Below are positions 29,050 to 37,831 of a DNA stretch of 60,006 bases, piece by piece. The stretch is from NCBI GenBank assembly GCA_903878265.1, contig CAIRHD010000223.1, positions 1 through 60,006 on the forward strand. Reading direction: 5' to 3'. The notes under the pieces were generated by a model. The model was not told the origin of the DNA and made no database searches. It was given only the letters and a program-made list of their open reading frames with translations. The position numbers and the translations under genes were made by a program. The DNA is from an uncultured Bacteroidales bacterium (GTDB lineage Bacteria > Bacteroidota > Bacteroidia > Bacteroidales > UBA4417). The number at the start of each line of letters is the position of its first letter. Position 1 is the stretch's first letter.

Positions 29050-29113
29050 TTTTTTTGTTTTAATTGGTTATTATTAGTTTAAGCAAAAAATATTCCAAAC
29101 TTAGGTTTACGTT

Positions 29114-30064
29114 TTAAAAATTCCAGAGCCGTGTAAGGTTGAAACCTATCAGGATTCCACCATTGAAAAAGTCATTCTTGTTCCACATTATATCTTCCTG
29201 TGGCAAAATCCCTTTTGCTGATGCAATGTAAATCTGGAATGCATGGGTGCTGGTAGATATTTCAACGCCAACTGTAAGATTAGGTTTGTCGTAAACAACG
29301 GCGGCATCAGATACTCTTTTAGCATCCTTTATTTTCTTTAAATCTAAAGGGAAATCACCGGCTACAATAAATGAACCTTGTGGCGAGAATTTGTATCTGC
29401 CGGCGAAAGACAAAGAAATCCTGTCGTGGTCGTATATGGAATCAACACAATTATAATGTGTAAACGCACCGCCAACTTGTAATGAAAGGTGATCGTTAAA
29501 CCTACGCGAAACTACCAATTGTGTGAAATACGACATCCTGTTACTGAACTTGTAGCTTTTAGTACTTACAGTATCAGGGGTTAGATCCCATTTGGTGTCC
29601 GCATTTCCATCAATTCCAATAACTTCGTACAACATAACAGTTACAGGAATACTATTGGAACGGGTTTGCTCAATAATTCTGTATTTCAGTTGCAAATCCT
29701 GGAACTTATTGGTTTTAGTAGTTCCCAAGCCAACGGTAAAGTTATCCAATATGCTGTAATTAAGCCCAAACCGGATATTTGCCGCACCATAAATGCCATA
29801 AAGATCGTGTACGCCATTTTCAATAATTCCAAAACGATGCTGTAGAACGAATTCCAGTGTTTTCGATGGTTGAAGTGTGGTGGTAGCATTATCGAAAAGC
29901 AAACCGCTTTCGAATGCAGCCCTTACCGGTTGTTCAGTTTCAACTGGTGTTTCCTGAACTGTGGTATCCTGTGTAGCTTCCTGCGCAACAATCCTGGTTT
30001 GGGTTGCTAAAATAGTTAAGAGCGTGAAAGCGCCAAATCTAAGTGTCTTATATATCTGTTTCAT
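29114..30064 (-). CDS. Putative outer-membrane beta-barrel protein, function unknown
   Basis: 316 aa with a signal peptide ending VAQE. Amphipathic strands alternate throughout. The C-terminus LIGFNLTRLWNF ends in an aromatic residue, as in OMP barrels. I assigned no family beyond this. Confidence 0.6.
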   Translation of the reverse strand: MKQIYKTLRFGAFTLLTILATQTRIVAQEATQDTTVQETPVETEQPVRAAFESGLLFDNATTTLQPSKTLEFVLQHRFGIIENGVHDLYGIYGAANIRFGLNYSILDNFTVGLGTTKTNKFQDLQLKYRIIEQTRSNSIPVTVMLYEVIGIDGNADTKWDLTPDTVSTKSYKFSNRMSYFTQLVVSRRFNDHLSLQVGGAFTHYNCVDSIYDHDRISLSFAGRYKFSPQGSFIVAGDFPLDLKKIKDAKRVSDAAVVYDKPNLTVGVEISTSTHAFQIYIASAKGILPQEDIMWNKNDFFNGGILIGFNLTRLWNF

Positions 30065-30094
30065 GTTTGTTTTTTTTAATGATTAGTGTTCAGC

Positions 30095-30478
30095 TTAATC
30101 GTTTTTTGCACCAGCATAAATCCAACGGTACAACAAATCGACCTCGGCATTTGTAACATTGCCGTAAGAAACCATGCTTCCGCCAGGAGCACAAACGGTA
30201 TAGAGTTGGCTGGTTTCAGGGCTATTGGCAACTACATAAGCTGGAACTACGTCAGAATATGCTAACCCAGCTGAAAGGTTCGGTGCAATGCTTCCTGCAT
30301 GACAGGAAACACATTTAGCATTAAAAAATGGCTGAATATCCTGCGAAAAACTGATTGTATCGTTTGCAGGTGGTGCTGGTTTGGGTGGTGCAGGTACAAT
30401 ATAATCATATTCACAGGCTGTTAGCAATGTAAGCACTGTGCCCGACAGGAATAATAATCGTAGAAATCTCTTTTTCAT
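30095..30478 (-). CDS. Small lipoprotein with a single c-type haem motif (planctomycete-type cytochrome c-like domain)
   Basis: 127 aa with the lipobox LLTAC and a Pro-rich linker PAPPKPAPPAND. The motif IQPFFNAKCVSCHAG follows. It is the first gene of the operon. Confidence 0.7.
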   Translation of the reverse strand: MKKRFLRLLFLSGTVLTLLTACEYDYIVPAPPKPAPPANDTISFSQDIQPFFNAKCVSCHAGSIAPNLSAGLAYSDVVPAYVVANSPETSQLYTVCAPGGSMVSYGNVTNAEVDLLYRWIYAGAKND

Positions 30479-30616
30479 CTGTGTTTTTTTTAGGTTTTAT
30501 TAGGGGTTCATGGATTGGGTTTTAACTCAATTACTGTTTTTAAAATAACAATACAAAGGAATACTTTTTGAATGAAATAGTTATTATATAAAATATGATT
30601 ATTTGACAATATTATT

Positions 30617-30630
30617 TTGATACTTATCAG
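30617..30630. promoter_or_regulatory. Candidate FNR/CRP-family box TTGATacttATCAg
   Basis: It matches the palindrome TTGAT-N4-ATCAA at 9 of 10 positions. It lies in the divergent spacer, 139 bp from the operon ATG (30478) and 103 bp from the regulator ATG (30733). A weaker second site, TTGATatatGTCAt, is at 30639-30652. Confidence 0.45.
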
Positions 30631-30732
30631 TAGATGTATTGATATATGTCATTATCTTTGCAGGCTTTTTAAAATGGTTTGATAAAAATTTCGTTCAACC
30701 TTTTTTACGAATGCTAAAACACTGATAAAAAA

Positions 30733-31437
30733 ATGCCTAAGTACCAATATACCCAATACAGCAAAGGATGTGCAACTTGCCAAGATAAGGCCGATATTTT
30801 TGCTTGCCTTTGTCAGGCTGAACTCGATCAGATTGATGATACACGAGTAGAAGTCCATTTTAAAACTGGTGAACTAATTTTTAAACAAGGCACCCCAAAT
30901 ATGCATTTCCTTTGTTTGACCCAAGGCAAAGTGAAAACGTACATCGAGGGATACAATAATAAAAACCTGATCCTCAATATTGTAAAGCCAATTGAATATA
31001 TACTTGGCCCTGGTATTTATGCCGATCAGATGCACCATTTTTCAGCTATGGCAATAGAGGATTCGGTTGCCTGTTTGGTTGACCTGGTTACGTTTAAAAA
31101 ATTGATCCGTACAAATCCTGATTTTGCCGAAGATTTTCTGCGAAAAGTCAGTCTGCAATCCATTTATAATTACGAACTTTTTATAAGTCTTACCCAGAAG
31201 CAAATGCCTGGCCGTATTGCTGATGTACTGTTGTATTTGAAAGATAAAGTGTACTGCACTAACCCTTTCCATTCAACCCTTTCACGACAGGATTTGGCTG
31301 ATATGTCGGGGATGTCGAAAGAAAGTGTCATACGGATTCTCAGGGAATTTAAGGATGAAAACATAATCAGGGCAAATGGCAACGATTTTGAAATCTTAAA
31401 TATCGATCATCTGAACAAAATTAGCCAAACTGGGTAG
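30733..31437 (+). CDS. Crp/Fnr family transcriptional regulator with an N-terminal Cys cluster
   Basis: 234 aa. The N-terminus carries C13-x2-C16-x8-C25-x-C27 (GCATCQDKADIFACLC). A cNMP-binding-like beta-roll follows, then the C-terminal HTH SRQDLADMSGMSKESVIRILREF. Confidence 0.85.
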   Translation: MPKYQYTQYSKGCATCQDKADIFACLCQAELDQIDDTRVEVHFKTGELIFKQGTPNMHFLCLTQGKVKTYIEGYNNKNLILNIVKPIEYILGPGIYADQMHHFSAMAIEDSVACLVDLVTFKKLIRTNPDFAEDFLRKVSLQSIYNYELFISLTQKQMPGRIADVLLYLKDKVYCTNPFHSTLSRQDLADMSGMSKESVIRILREFKDENIIRANGNDFEILNIDHLNKISQTG

Positions 31438-31500
31438 GGGAATGGTTATTAGTTATTTGTTATTGGTAAACATTGAAATGGAGTCGCTTTATAGTTTGCT

Positions 31501-32679
31501 ATGAGAAAAATCCTGACCAGAACAATTTTGCTCGTTTCGTTTGTAAGTTTTTTTACTGATATCGCTAGCGAAATGCTTTATCCGGTAATGCCGGTTTATC
31601 TTCAATCTATTGGGTTTTCAGTTATATTAATCGGTATTTTGGAGGGTTTGGCCGAAGCTACTGCTGGTTTAAGTAAAGGTTATTTTGGGAAATATTCGGA
31701 TAAAATCGGCAGCCGAGTGCCTTTTGTTCGGTGGGGATACATTTTAAGTGCTGTTTCAAAACCTTTGATGGCAGCTTTTGCAGTGCCAATTTGGGTGTTT
31801 TTGGTCCGAACCCTCGACAGGCTTGGTAAAGGTATCCGGACTGGCGCGCGCGATGCAATGCTCAGCGATGAGGCAACCAAGGAAAATAAAGGAAAAGTTT
31901 TTGGTTTTCACAGGGCATTGGACACTGCCGGTGCTGCTTTGGGTCCATTTGCAGCTTTAGTATTCCTACACTTTTATCCGGCACAATATAAATGGCTTTT
32001 TGTTATCGCTGTAATTCCTGGGCTTATTGCAATTTCGCTTACTTTTTTACTGAAAGACAAACAAAAAACAATTTCCTCAAAGAAGTCTCCCGGTTTTTTT
32101 TCATTCCTTAAATATTGGGGCGAATCGTCAAAGCAATTTAAACTGCTGGTTATCGGCCTTTTAACATTTACACTCTTCAATAGTTCGGATGCATTTTTGC
32201 TGCTTTCAATCAAACACAATGGTTTTTCTGACTCCTATATGATTGGTGTCTATATTTTTTACAACCTTGTTTATGCGCTGCTTTCATTTCCAATTGGGAT
32301 ACTTGCCGATAAGATCGGGCTTGGCCGAACACTCATTATTGGATTTTCAACATTTGCAATCGTTTACCTATTATTAGGTTTTGCGGCAGTTTCCTGGCAT
32401 TTCATTTTCCTTTTTGGTTTGTATGCAGTTTATGCAGCTTCCACCGAAGGGATTTCGAAAGCACTTATCAGCAATATGGCCGAAAAAGGTAAAACCGCCA
32501 CTGCTATAGGTTTTTACACCAGTTTTGCGAGTATTTGCGCCTTGTTGGCAAGCAGCCTTGCAGGATTTATTTGGTTTACATTTGGCATGAAAGCTATGTT
32601 CCTGATTTCGGGTGTTGGTGTATTGCTTGTTGTTGTTTTTCTGATTTTTGTTGCCAAGGTTGCAGCTTTTCACAAATAA
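31501..32679 (+). CDS. MFS transporter
   Basis: 392 aa with about 12 hydrophobic helices. The MFS loop motif LDRLGKGIRTGARDA lies between TM2 and TM3. Confidence 0.8.
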   Translation: MRKILTRTILLVSFVSFFTDIASEMLYPVMPVYLQSIGFSVILIGILEGLAEATAGLSKGYFGKYSDKIGSRVPFVRWGYILSAVSKPLMAAFAVPIWVFLVRTLDRLGKGIRTGARDAMLSDEATKENKGKVFGFHRALDTAGAALGPFAALVFLHFYPAQYKWLFVIAVIPGLIAISLTFLLKDKQKTISSKKSPGFFSFLKYWGESSKQFKLLVIGLLTFTLFNSSDAFLLLSIKHNGFSDSYMIGVYIFYNLVYALLSFPIGILADKIGLGRTLIIGFSTFAIVYLLLGFAAVSWHFIFLFGLYAVYAASTEGISKALISNMAEKGKTATAIGFYTSFASICALLASSLAGFIWFTFGMKAMFLISGVGVLLVVVFLIFVAKVAAFHK

Positions 32680-32894
32680 AAGTTTGTTTAGCCAAAACGA
32701 AATTTTTTGTTCCTTCAAAACACAACAATATAAATAACTCTACGTGTATAATTTTGACAAACAAGGCTTTGTGGGTCTTATTGTCAGATTAGCTTTGTGC
32801 TGCTGATTCAATAAAAACGAATGGAATTCTTCCTGATGCCAAAATTTGTTCTTTCTCTGTACTTTTGTAAATCTCTCAACCGAATTAAATTATT

Positions 32895-34148
32895 TTGAAA
32901 ACTGCTGACATTATAATAGTAGGTGCTGGTCCTGCCGGTTTGTTTACTGCTATTCAGTGTATAGACAAGAGTGTTTTGGTGCTTGAAAAAAACGAATCTC
33001 CCGGCAAGAAGCTTTTGATTTCCGGAACCGGCAGATGCAATATTACCAACGATTGTAAACTCAGCGATTTTTACGAACATTATGGGGCAAATTATCGATT
33101 TCTAAAAACTGCTTTAAATTGCTTTACGAACTACGATCTTATTGCTTTTTTTGAACAAAATGGGCTGGAAACAAATGTTGATAAAAACGGCAAGGTTTTT
33201 CCAGCAACTCAAAAATCAAGGGATGTTTTGCAGGTGCTGGTCGATAAGTGCAAACAGAATAAAGTTGAAATTTCTTATAATCAAAATGTTATGAGTATCG
33301 AGAAGGCTGCCGGTCGTTTTATCTTAAAAACCGATCTTGCAGCTTTTTCAAGCAGATTCCTTGTAATTGCCACCGGAGGAATGTCCTATCCTTTAACTGG
33401 TTCTACTGGTGATGGATACCATTTTGCCAAACAACTCGGTCATTCCATTCATCCGCCGAAGCCTTCGCTCAGTCCGGTTTTTGTGAAAGATTATTTGATG
33501 GCATCTATTTCAGGGGTTTCGGTCCAGGACAAAATGATTTATTTATACCGTGATGAAAAGAAAATAAGTGAGCATCGGGGGGATATTGGATTTACGCATA
33601 AAGGACTAAGCGGTCCTGGAATTCTTGATTTTTCGCGGCAAATATTGAGCGGCGATGTATTGAAAATGAATTTGATCGATATAAAACCTGACAATTTCAG
33701 GAATGAAATACTATTATCTTCAACAAAGGAAGGCAAAACCACACTGCAAACATACCTTAAAAAATACGAATTGCCACGTAGCTTGCTGCTGCTTGTGCTT
33801 CAAGCCATAGCTGTTGAACCAGAAATCAGGATGGCCGAAATTACGAAGATAGAAAGAAACAAGTTGGTTGCCGCTTTGTGCGAATTTCCATTCATCATCG
33901 AAAAAGTTGGAGGTTTCAATATGGCAATGGTAACGGCAGGTGGAGTAAAGTTGAATGAGGTTAACCCCAAAACCATGGAATCGCGATTGGTTACTGGATT
34001 GTATTTTGCCGGCGAAGTACTTGATATTGATGGGGATACTGGCGGATATAATTTGCAGGCAGCTTTTTCGATGGGTTTTTTGGCAGGAAAAGTGATAAGT
34101 GGAACCGAGGATGGACAACAAATGTATCCGAATAGCAATACTGTTTAG
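32895..34148 (+). CDS. HI0933/BaiN-type FAD-dependent oxidoreductase (aminoacetone oxidase family)
   Basis: 417 aa with a TTG start. It has the Rossmann motif IIIVGAGPAGL, the family signature SGTGRCNITN and the C-terminal block AGEVLDIDGDTGGYNLQ. Confidence 0.85.
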   Translation: MKTADIIIVGAGPAGLFTAIQCIDKSVLVLEKNESPGKKLLISGTGRCNITNDCKLSDFYEHYGANYRFLKTALNCFTNYDLIAFFEQNGLETNVDKNGKVFPATQKSRDVLQVLVDKCKQNKVEISYNQNVMSIEKAAGRFILKTDLAAFSSRFLVIATGGMSYPLTGSTGDGYHFAKQLGHSIHPPKPSLSPVFVKDYLMASISGVSVQDKMIYLYRDEKKISEHRGDIGFTHKGLSGPGILDFSRQILSGDVLKMNLIDIKPDNFRNEILLSSTKEGKTTLQTYLKKYELPRSLLLLVLQAIAVEPEIRMAEITKIERNKLVAALCEFPFIIEKVGGFNMAMVTAGGVKLNEVNPKTMESRLVTGLYFAGEVLDIDGDTGGYNLQAAFSMGFLAGKVISGTEDGQQMYPNSNTV

Positions 34149-34873
34149 TCCAATTTTCTAAGTTTTATATTCCTGAATTTAACCCCGCTTCCATGGTTTT
34201 GTAACCCAATATGGCCTTTATTCGAAACCGCATATCCAGGATAATCTTTCCACTTCCCTTCATCCTTCTTTTTTCTCCAGTCTGGTGAATATGCCTCAAA
34301 TTCAACAACTTTCATTCCATTGAGCCAATATTCTACATGTTTATTTGAGTAAACAATCCTCGTTTGGTTCCATTCCCCAACAGGTAAAAGTTTCTTATTC
34401 TTAATTGTCTGATACATTGCATAATCGGCTGCGGTTTTTTGCCAATCTTCCAAACCTCCTGGCCAACCAATGTCGTCAATTAATTGGTATTCTGGGCCTG
34501 TTTCATAAGCGGCATGATATTGCTCACCTTCAACAACATGGTAAAAGATGCCACTGTTGCCCGAATTGCTGATGCACCATTCAATGCTCAACTCAAAATC
34601 GCCAAATTCGAAAACGGTAATAATGTCGCCTGCCGTTTCGCTGCCCCCTTCCCCTTTGCAAACAAGTTCAGCATTCGCCACACTCCAACAATTAAAAACT
34701 TTATCACTATTAAATCCTTTCCATCCTTCTAATGTCTTGCCATCAAAAAGCAATTGCCACCCTTGTTTTTTCTCTTTTTTAGTAAGGATATTGTTTGATG
34801 TCTCTTCTGAAGTTTGCCCAAAAATAACAATTGAAATTATCAGAATGGCAAAGATGATTTCTATCCGTTTCAT
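34145..34873 (-). CDS. DUF1080 (3-keto-disaccharide hydrolase-like) secreted protein
   Basis: 242 aa with a signal peptide. Motifs WQLLFDGKTLEGWKG and HIGLQNHGSGVKFRNIKLRKL are typical of DUF1080. It overlaps the convergent upstream gene by 4 nt. Confidence 0.75.
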   Translation of the reverse strand: MKRIEIIFAILIISIVIFGQTSEETSNNILTKKEKKQGWQLLFDGKTLEGWKGFNSDKVFNCWSVANAELVCKGEGGSETAGDIITVFEFGDFELSIEWCISNSGNSGIFYHVVEGEQYHAAYETGPEYQLIDDIGWPGGLEDWQKTAADYAMYQTIKNKKLLPVGEWNQTRIVYSNKHVEYWLNGMKVVEFEAYSPDWRKKKDEGKWKDYPGYAVSNKGHIGLQNHGSGVKFRNIKLRKLD

Positions 34874-35011
34874 GGTTGTGAGTTTTAATCTATTTCTTTA
34901 AAAAAGTTTGAATTAAGCTTTAGTTTAGCCGTTTCAAAAATACAAAAATCACAATTTGTTATCTTATAAAATGAGAGCAAAGTAAAGCGAAATATAATAT
35001 CTTCAAAGGTT

Positions 35012-35162
35012 GAGTCTGTTCCGATAAATTTTTTATTGCCACAAAGACGCAAAGCCTCTAAATTGTACTAAGTTTATTATGTTGATTAACAATGCTTTGT
35101 TAACCTTTGTGTCATGGTGACTAAGTGGCGTTTCTTCATTTTGGGGTTCTTGGAGTGGACTC
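35012..35162 (+). repeat. Dispersed repeat family B: 151-bp MITE-like element with ~16-bp terminal inverted repeats
   Basis: The left end is gagtctgttccgataa (35012-35027) and the right end is ttcttggagtggactc (35147-35162). Internal arms are imperfectly palindromic (ccacaaagacgcaaag ... ctttgtgtcatggtgac). A second 151-bp copy lies at 58329-58479. Confidence 0.65.
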
Positions 35163-35491
35163 AAGGTTAGAAGAATTGTCAACGATTTATTATTAAAATC
35201 TGACAACTGTATTTTCAAATAACTTCAAGTTAATTATACCAATTGATACTCTTGCAATCGTTTGCGAAAACGATTTCCGAAAAAAACTATATGAATTCAA
35301 CGATAATTCTACAAAACAGTTTTGATAATATGTTGAAAACATGTAGTTTTGTGATGTTTATCAAAATGCAACTTTGTAAAATTCAATTTATTGGAGATTT
35401 TACCATGTTGGTAGTTAAATTGATATTACGGATCTAAAACTTATCAGCAAAACCTCAAATGTTAATCATCTTATAATTAAAAATCAGAACC

Positions 35492-37663
35492 ATGAAAAAA
35501 AATCTACCATCTTTATCAGGAAACACAATCCGGATTTTTCTGTTTCTTTGTGTTTCGGCATTGTTTCAATCCTTTTCCGGGAATTCTGTTCACGCACAAA
35601 TTTGGAGGCCGGAAGGGCTAAATATGCCCGGCGCATGGAACGGCTGGACAAATCCACCAACAAATAATCTTGCTTTAGCCAGTAGCACACAGGTTGCCGG
35701 TGGCAGGATTGCAATTGATACGGTTGGAACAACCCGCTGGAAAACAATATTCAGCGTTGCTGCCACTGGCGGCGATGTTGTTGGCGGAACATACCCTTGG
35801 TTGTTTACAAGCGGACCATCAACTGCTGCTTTTAACAATAAGTGGGCAAGTGTAACTGTGGTTTTTAATACACTTCAAACATACACTTACCAAGGAGCAA
35901 CCGACAACAATATTACAATTGCCAATGGGAAATGGTACTCCATGAACTGGGAAGATAAAGGCTACATGGGCAGCAGAGCAATCTTTATGGAAACAAGTGC
36001 ATTGCCGGTAAATATACTTTCGGTTTCAGTCCCCGTTTCTGTTAGTCCGAACACCGCAACTCCTATTACAGTTACAACTTCGGCAGCGAAAAGTGCAGAA
36101 GAAATAATATATTTACGTTACACCGCCGATGCTTGGGCTACGTCCACTGCTTTACCTGTAACAATGAGTGGTACAAGTGGTTCAGTTGATTTGCCCGGGC
36201 AAGCAAGTGGGACAACAGTCTCGTATTACGCTCTTTCTTCGACAGTTGCAAATTTGAGTGCAAATTTTGATTTGTGTTCCATTCATATAAATAGTAATGC
36301 TGGAGCAAATTACTCCTATTCTATTGCAGCACCAGTGCCAACAATTACATGGGCAAATTTGCAATATCCCGGAAGTGGCGCTATTGATACGGGGGAAACA
36401 TTTGAAGTTTTCGGACAGGCACTTATTCCTGGGGTAACAGGCCAAGATACATCTGCTCCAGGATTGCTGGCCTGGGTTGGATACAGCACTTCAAACACCA
36501 ATCCCAACACATGGACAAACTGGATTTTAGCTACCTACAATAGCGATGATGGAAATAATGATGAATTTTTTGCCGATTTGGGTGCAGTAATTCCCACAGC
36601 TGGAACGTATTACTACGCCACACGTTTCCAATTGAATGTTGACCCATTTGTTTACGGCGGTTACAACGGCGGCTTTTGGGATGGAACAACCAATATAAGT
36701 GGTATCCTTACTATTACCGACCCAATACCTAATCCTGATTTTGATTGGGTTAACCTGCAATATCCTGATACCGGAAATATTGTTGTGCAACAAGACTATC
36801 TTGTTTTTGCTCAAGCATATATAGCAGGAGTTACAGGACAAGCCACGCCGGCGGCCGGTGTTCAGTCGTGGATTGGCTATAGCACAACAAATTCAAATCC
36901 TAATACATGGAATAACTGGATACCTGCACCATACAATGCCGCTTCTGGAAATAACGATGAATTCAGCGCAAACTTAGGGGCACAACTTCTTTTATCAGGA
37001 ACCTATTACTATGCTAGCCGGTTCCAACTAAATACTGGCAGCTATTATTATGGTGGCTATTCGCAAAGTGGCGGCGGTATTTGGGATGGAAACGACAATA
37101 TTTCTGGCGTTGTTACCGTAAATGCTCAGGTGGTAAAATTTCCGGTTCTTTTTACCATTATTGATGGAACCCTTTTAAATACAAATATCAAATTCAAAGG
37201 GTCGATGACTGCCTGGGATACAGTGAGTATGATACCTAATAACCATACATGGACTCACTCAATGGATCTTTTACCAGGAACTTATGAATGGGGCGCAATC
37301 GAAGATGATGGAACAGCAAATGGTTTGTGGTTGATTGCCGGTACAAATAACCTTAGTGTTACAGTTGATAATTCGGGAAACATCACGGGTACAATTACAT
37401 ATACCACATCAATAACAACTGGAATTAAAGAACCTGAATCTATTTTTAATGTTTATCCAAATCCCACCAATGGGAATTTGAATGTTCAACTTCACGAGAA
37501 AGCCAGTTTGACAATCTTTGATTTGGGTGGCAGGAAGCTTATTGATATTCAAAATGGTGTAGGTAATCAACAAATCGATTTGACTGCGTATAAATCAGGG
37601 TCTTACATTCTTGAAATCCGTTCTGGGAATTCTGTTCACCATCAGGTGATTGTTAAGAAGTAG
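35492..37663 (+). CDS. T9SS-secreted protein with two tandem ~145-aa repeats and a CBM-like beta-sandwich
   Basis: 723 aa with a signal peptide. The repeats begin WANLQYPGSGAID... and WVNLQYPDTGNIV..., and both contain W(V/I)GYST(S/T)N(T/S)NPNTW(T/N)NW and GNNDEF. The C-terminus FNVYPNPTNGNLNVQL...ILEIRSG...VIVKK is a T9SS type A sorting domain. Confidence 0.8.
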   Translation: MKKNLPSLSGNTIRIFLFLCVSALFQSFSGNSVHAQIWRPEGLNMPGAWNGWTNPPTNNLALASSTQVAGGRIAIDTVGTTRWKTIFSVAATGGDVVGGTYPWLFTSGPSTAAFNNKWASVTVVFNTLQTYTYQGATDNNITIANGKWYSMNWEDKGYMGSRAIFMETSALPVNILSVSVPVSVSPNTATPITVTTSAAKSAEEIIYLRYTADAWATSTALPVTMSGTSGSVDLPGQASGTTVSYYALSSTVANLSANFDLCSIHINSNAGANYSYSIAAPVPTITWANLQYPGSGAIDTGETFEVFGQALIPGVTGQDTSAPGLLAWVGYSTSNTNPNTWTNWILATYNSDDGNNDEFFADLGAVIPTAGTYYYATRFQLNVDPFVYGGYNGGFWDGTTNISGILTITDPIPNPDFDWVNLQYPDTGNIVVQQDYLVFAQAYIAGVTGQATPAAGVQSWIGYSTTNSNPNTWNNWIPAPYNAASGNNDEFSANLGAQLLLSGTYYYASRFQLNTGSYYYGGYSQSGGGIWDGNDNISGVVTVNAQVVKFPVLFTIIDGTLLNTNIKFKGSMTAWDTVSMIPNNHTWTHSMDLLPGTYEWGAIEDDGTANGLWLIAGTNNLSVTVDNSGNITGTITYTTSITTGIKEPESIFNVYPNPTNGNLNVQLHEKASLTIFDLGGRKLIDIQNGVGNQQIDLTAYKSGSYILEIRSGNSVHHQVIVKK

Positions 37664-37831
37664 AGCTTTGAAAGAAGTAGTGGAAAGTATATAAAGGCTT
37701 TGGGTAAATCTGATTTTTTAGCATTTAAGAATACAAGTCTGATTTATGAATTGTCTGCCTGGTGTGAAAAAGATGCTTCCAAAATATTGCTTTCCAATAT
37801 GTTGTTGTTAGATTAACTAAATAGGATTAAT

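Noticed and set aside
23638-30478. Identification of the redox operon as Alternative Complex III, as the nos accessory set (NosG/H/C1/C2) or as a polysulfide/thiosulfate reductase
   Set aside because: There is no ActB-sized molybdopterin-like subunit and no second NrfD-like ActF. No nosZ/nosDFYL genes lie in or next to the cluster. No PsrA/PhsA-type catalytic gene is present. The composition does not match any of these as I know them, so I left it unassigned.
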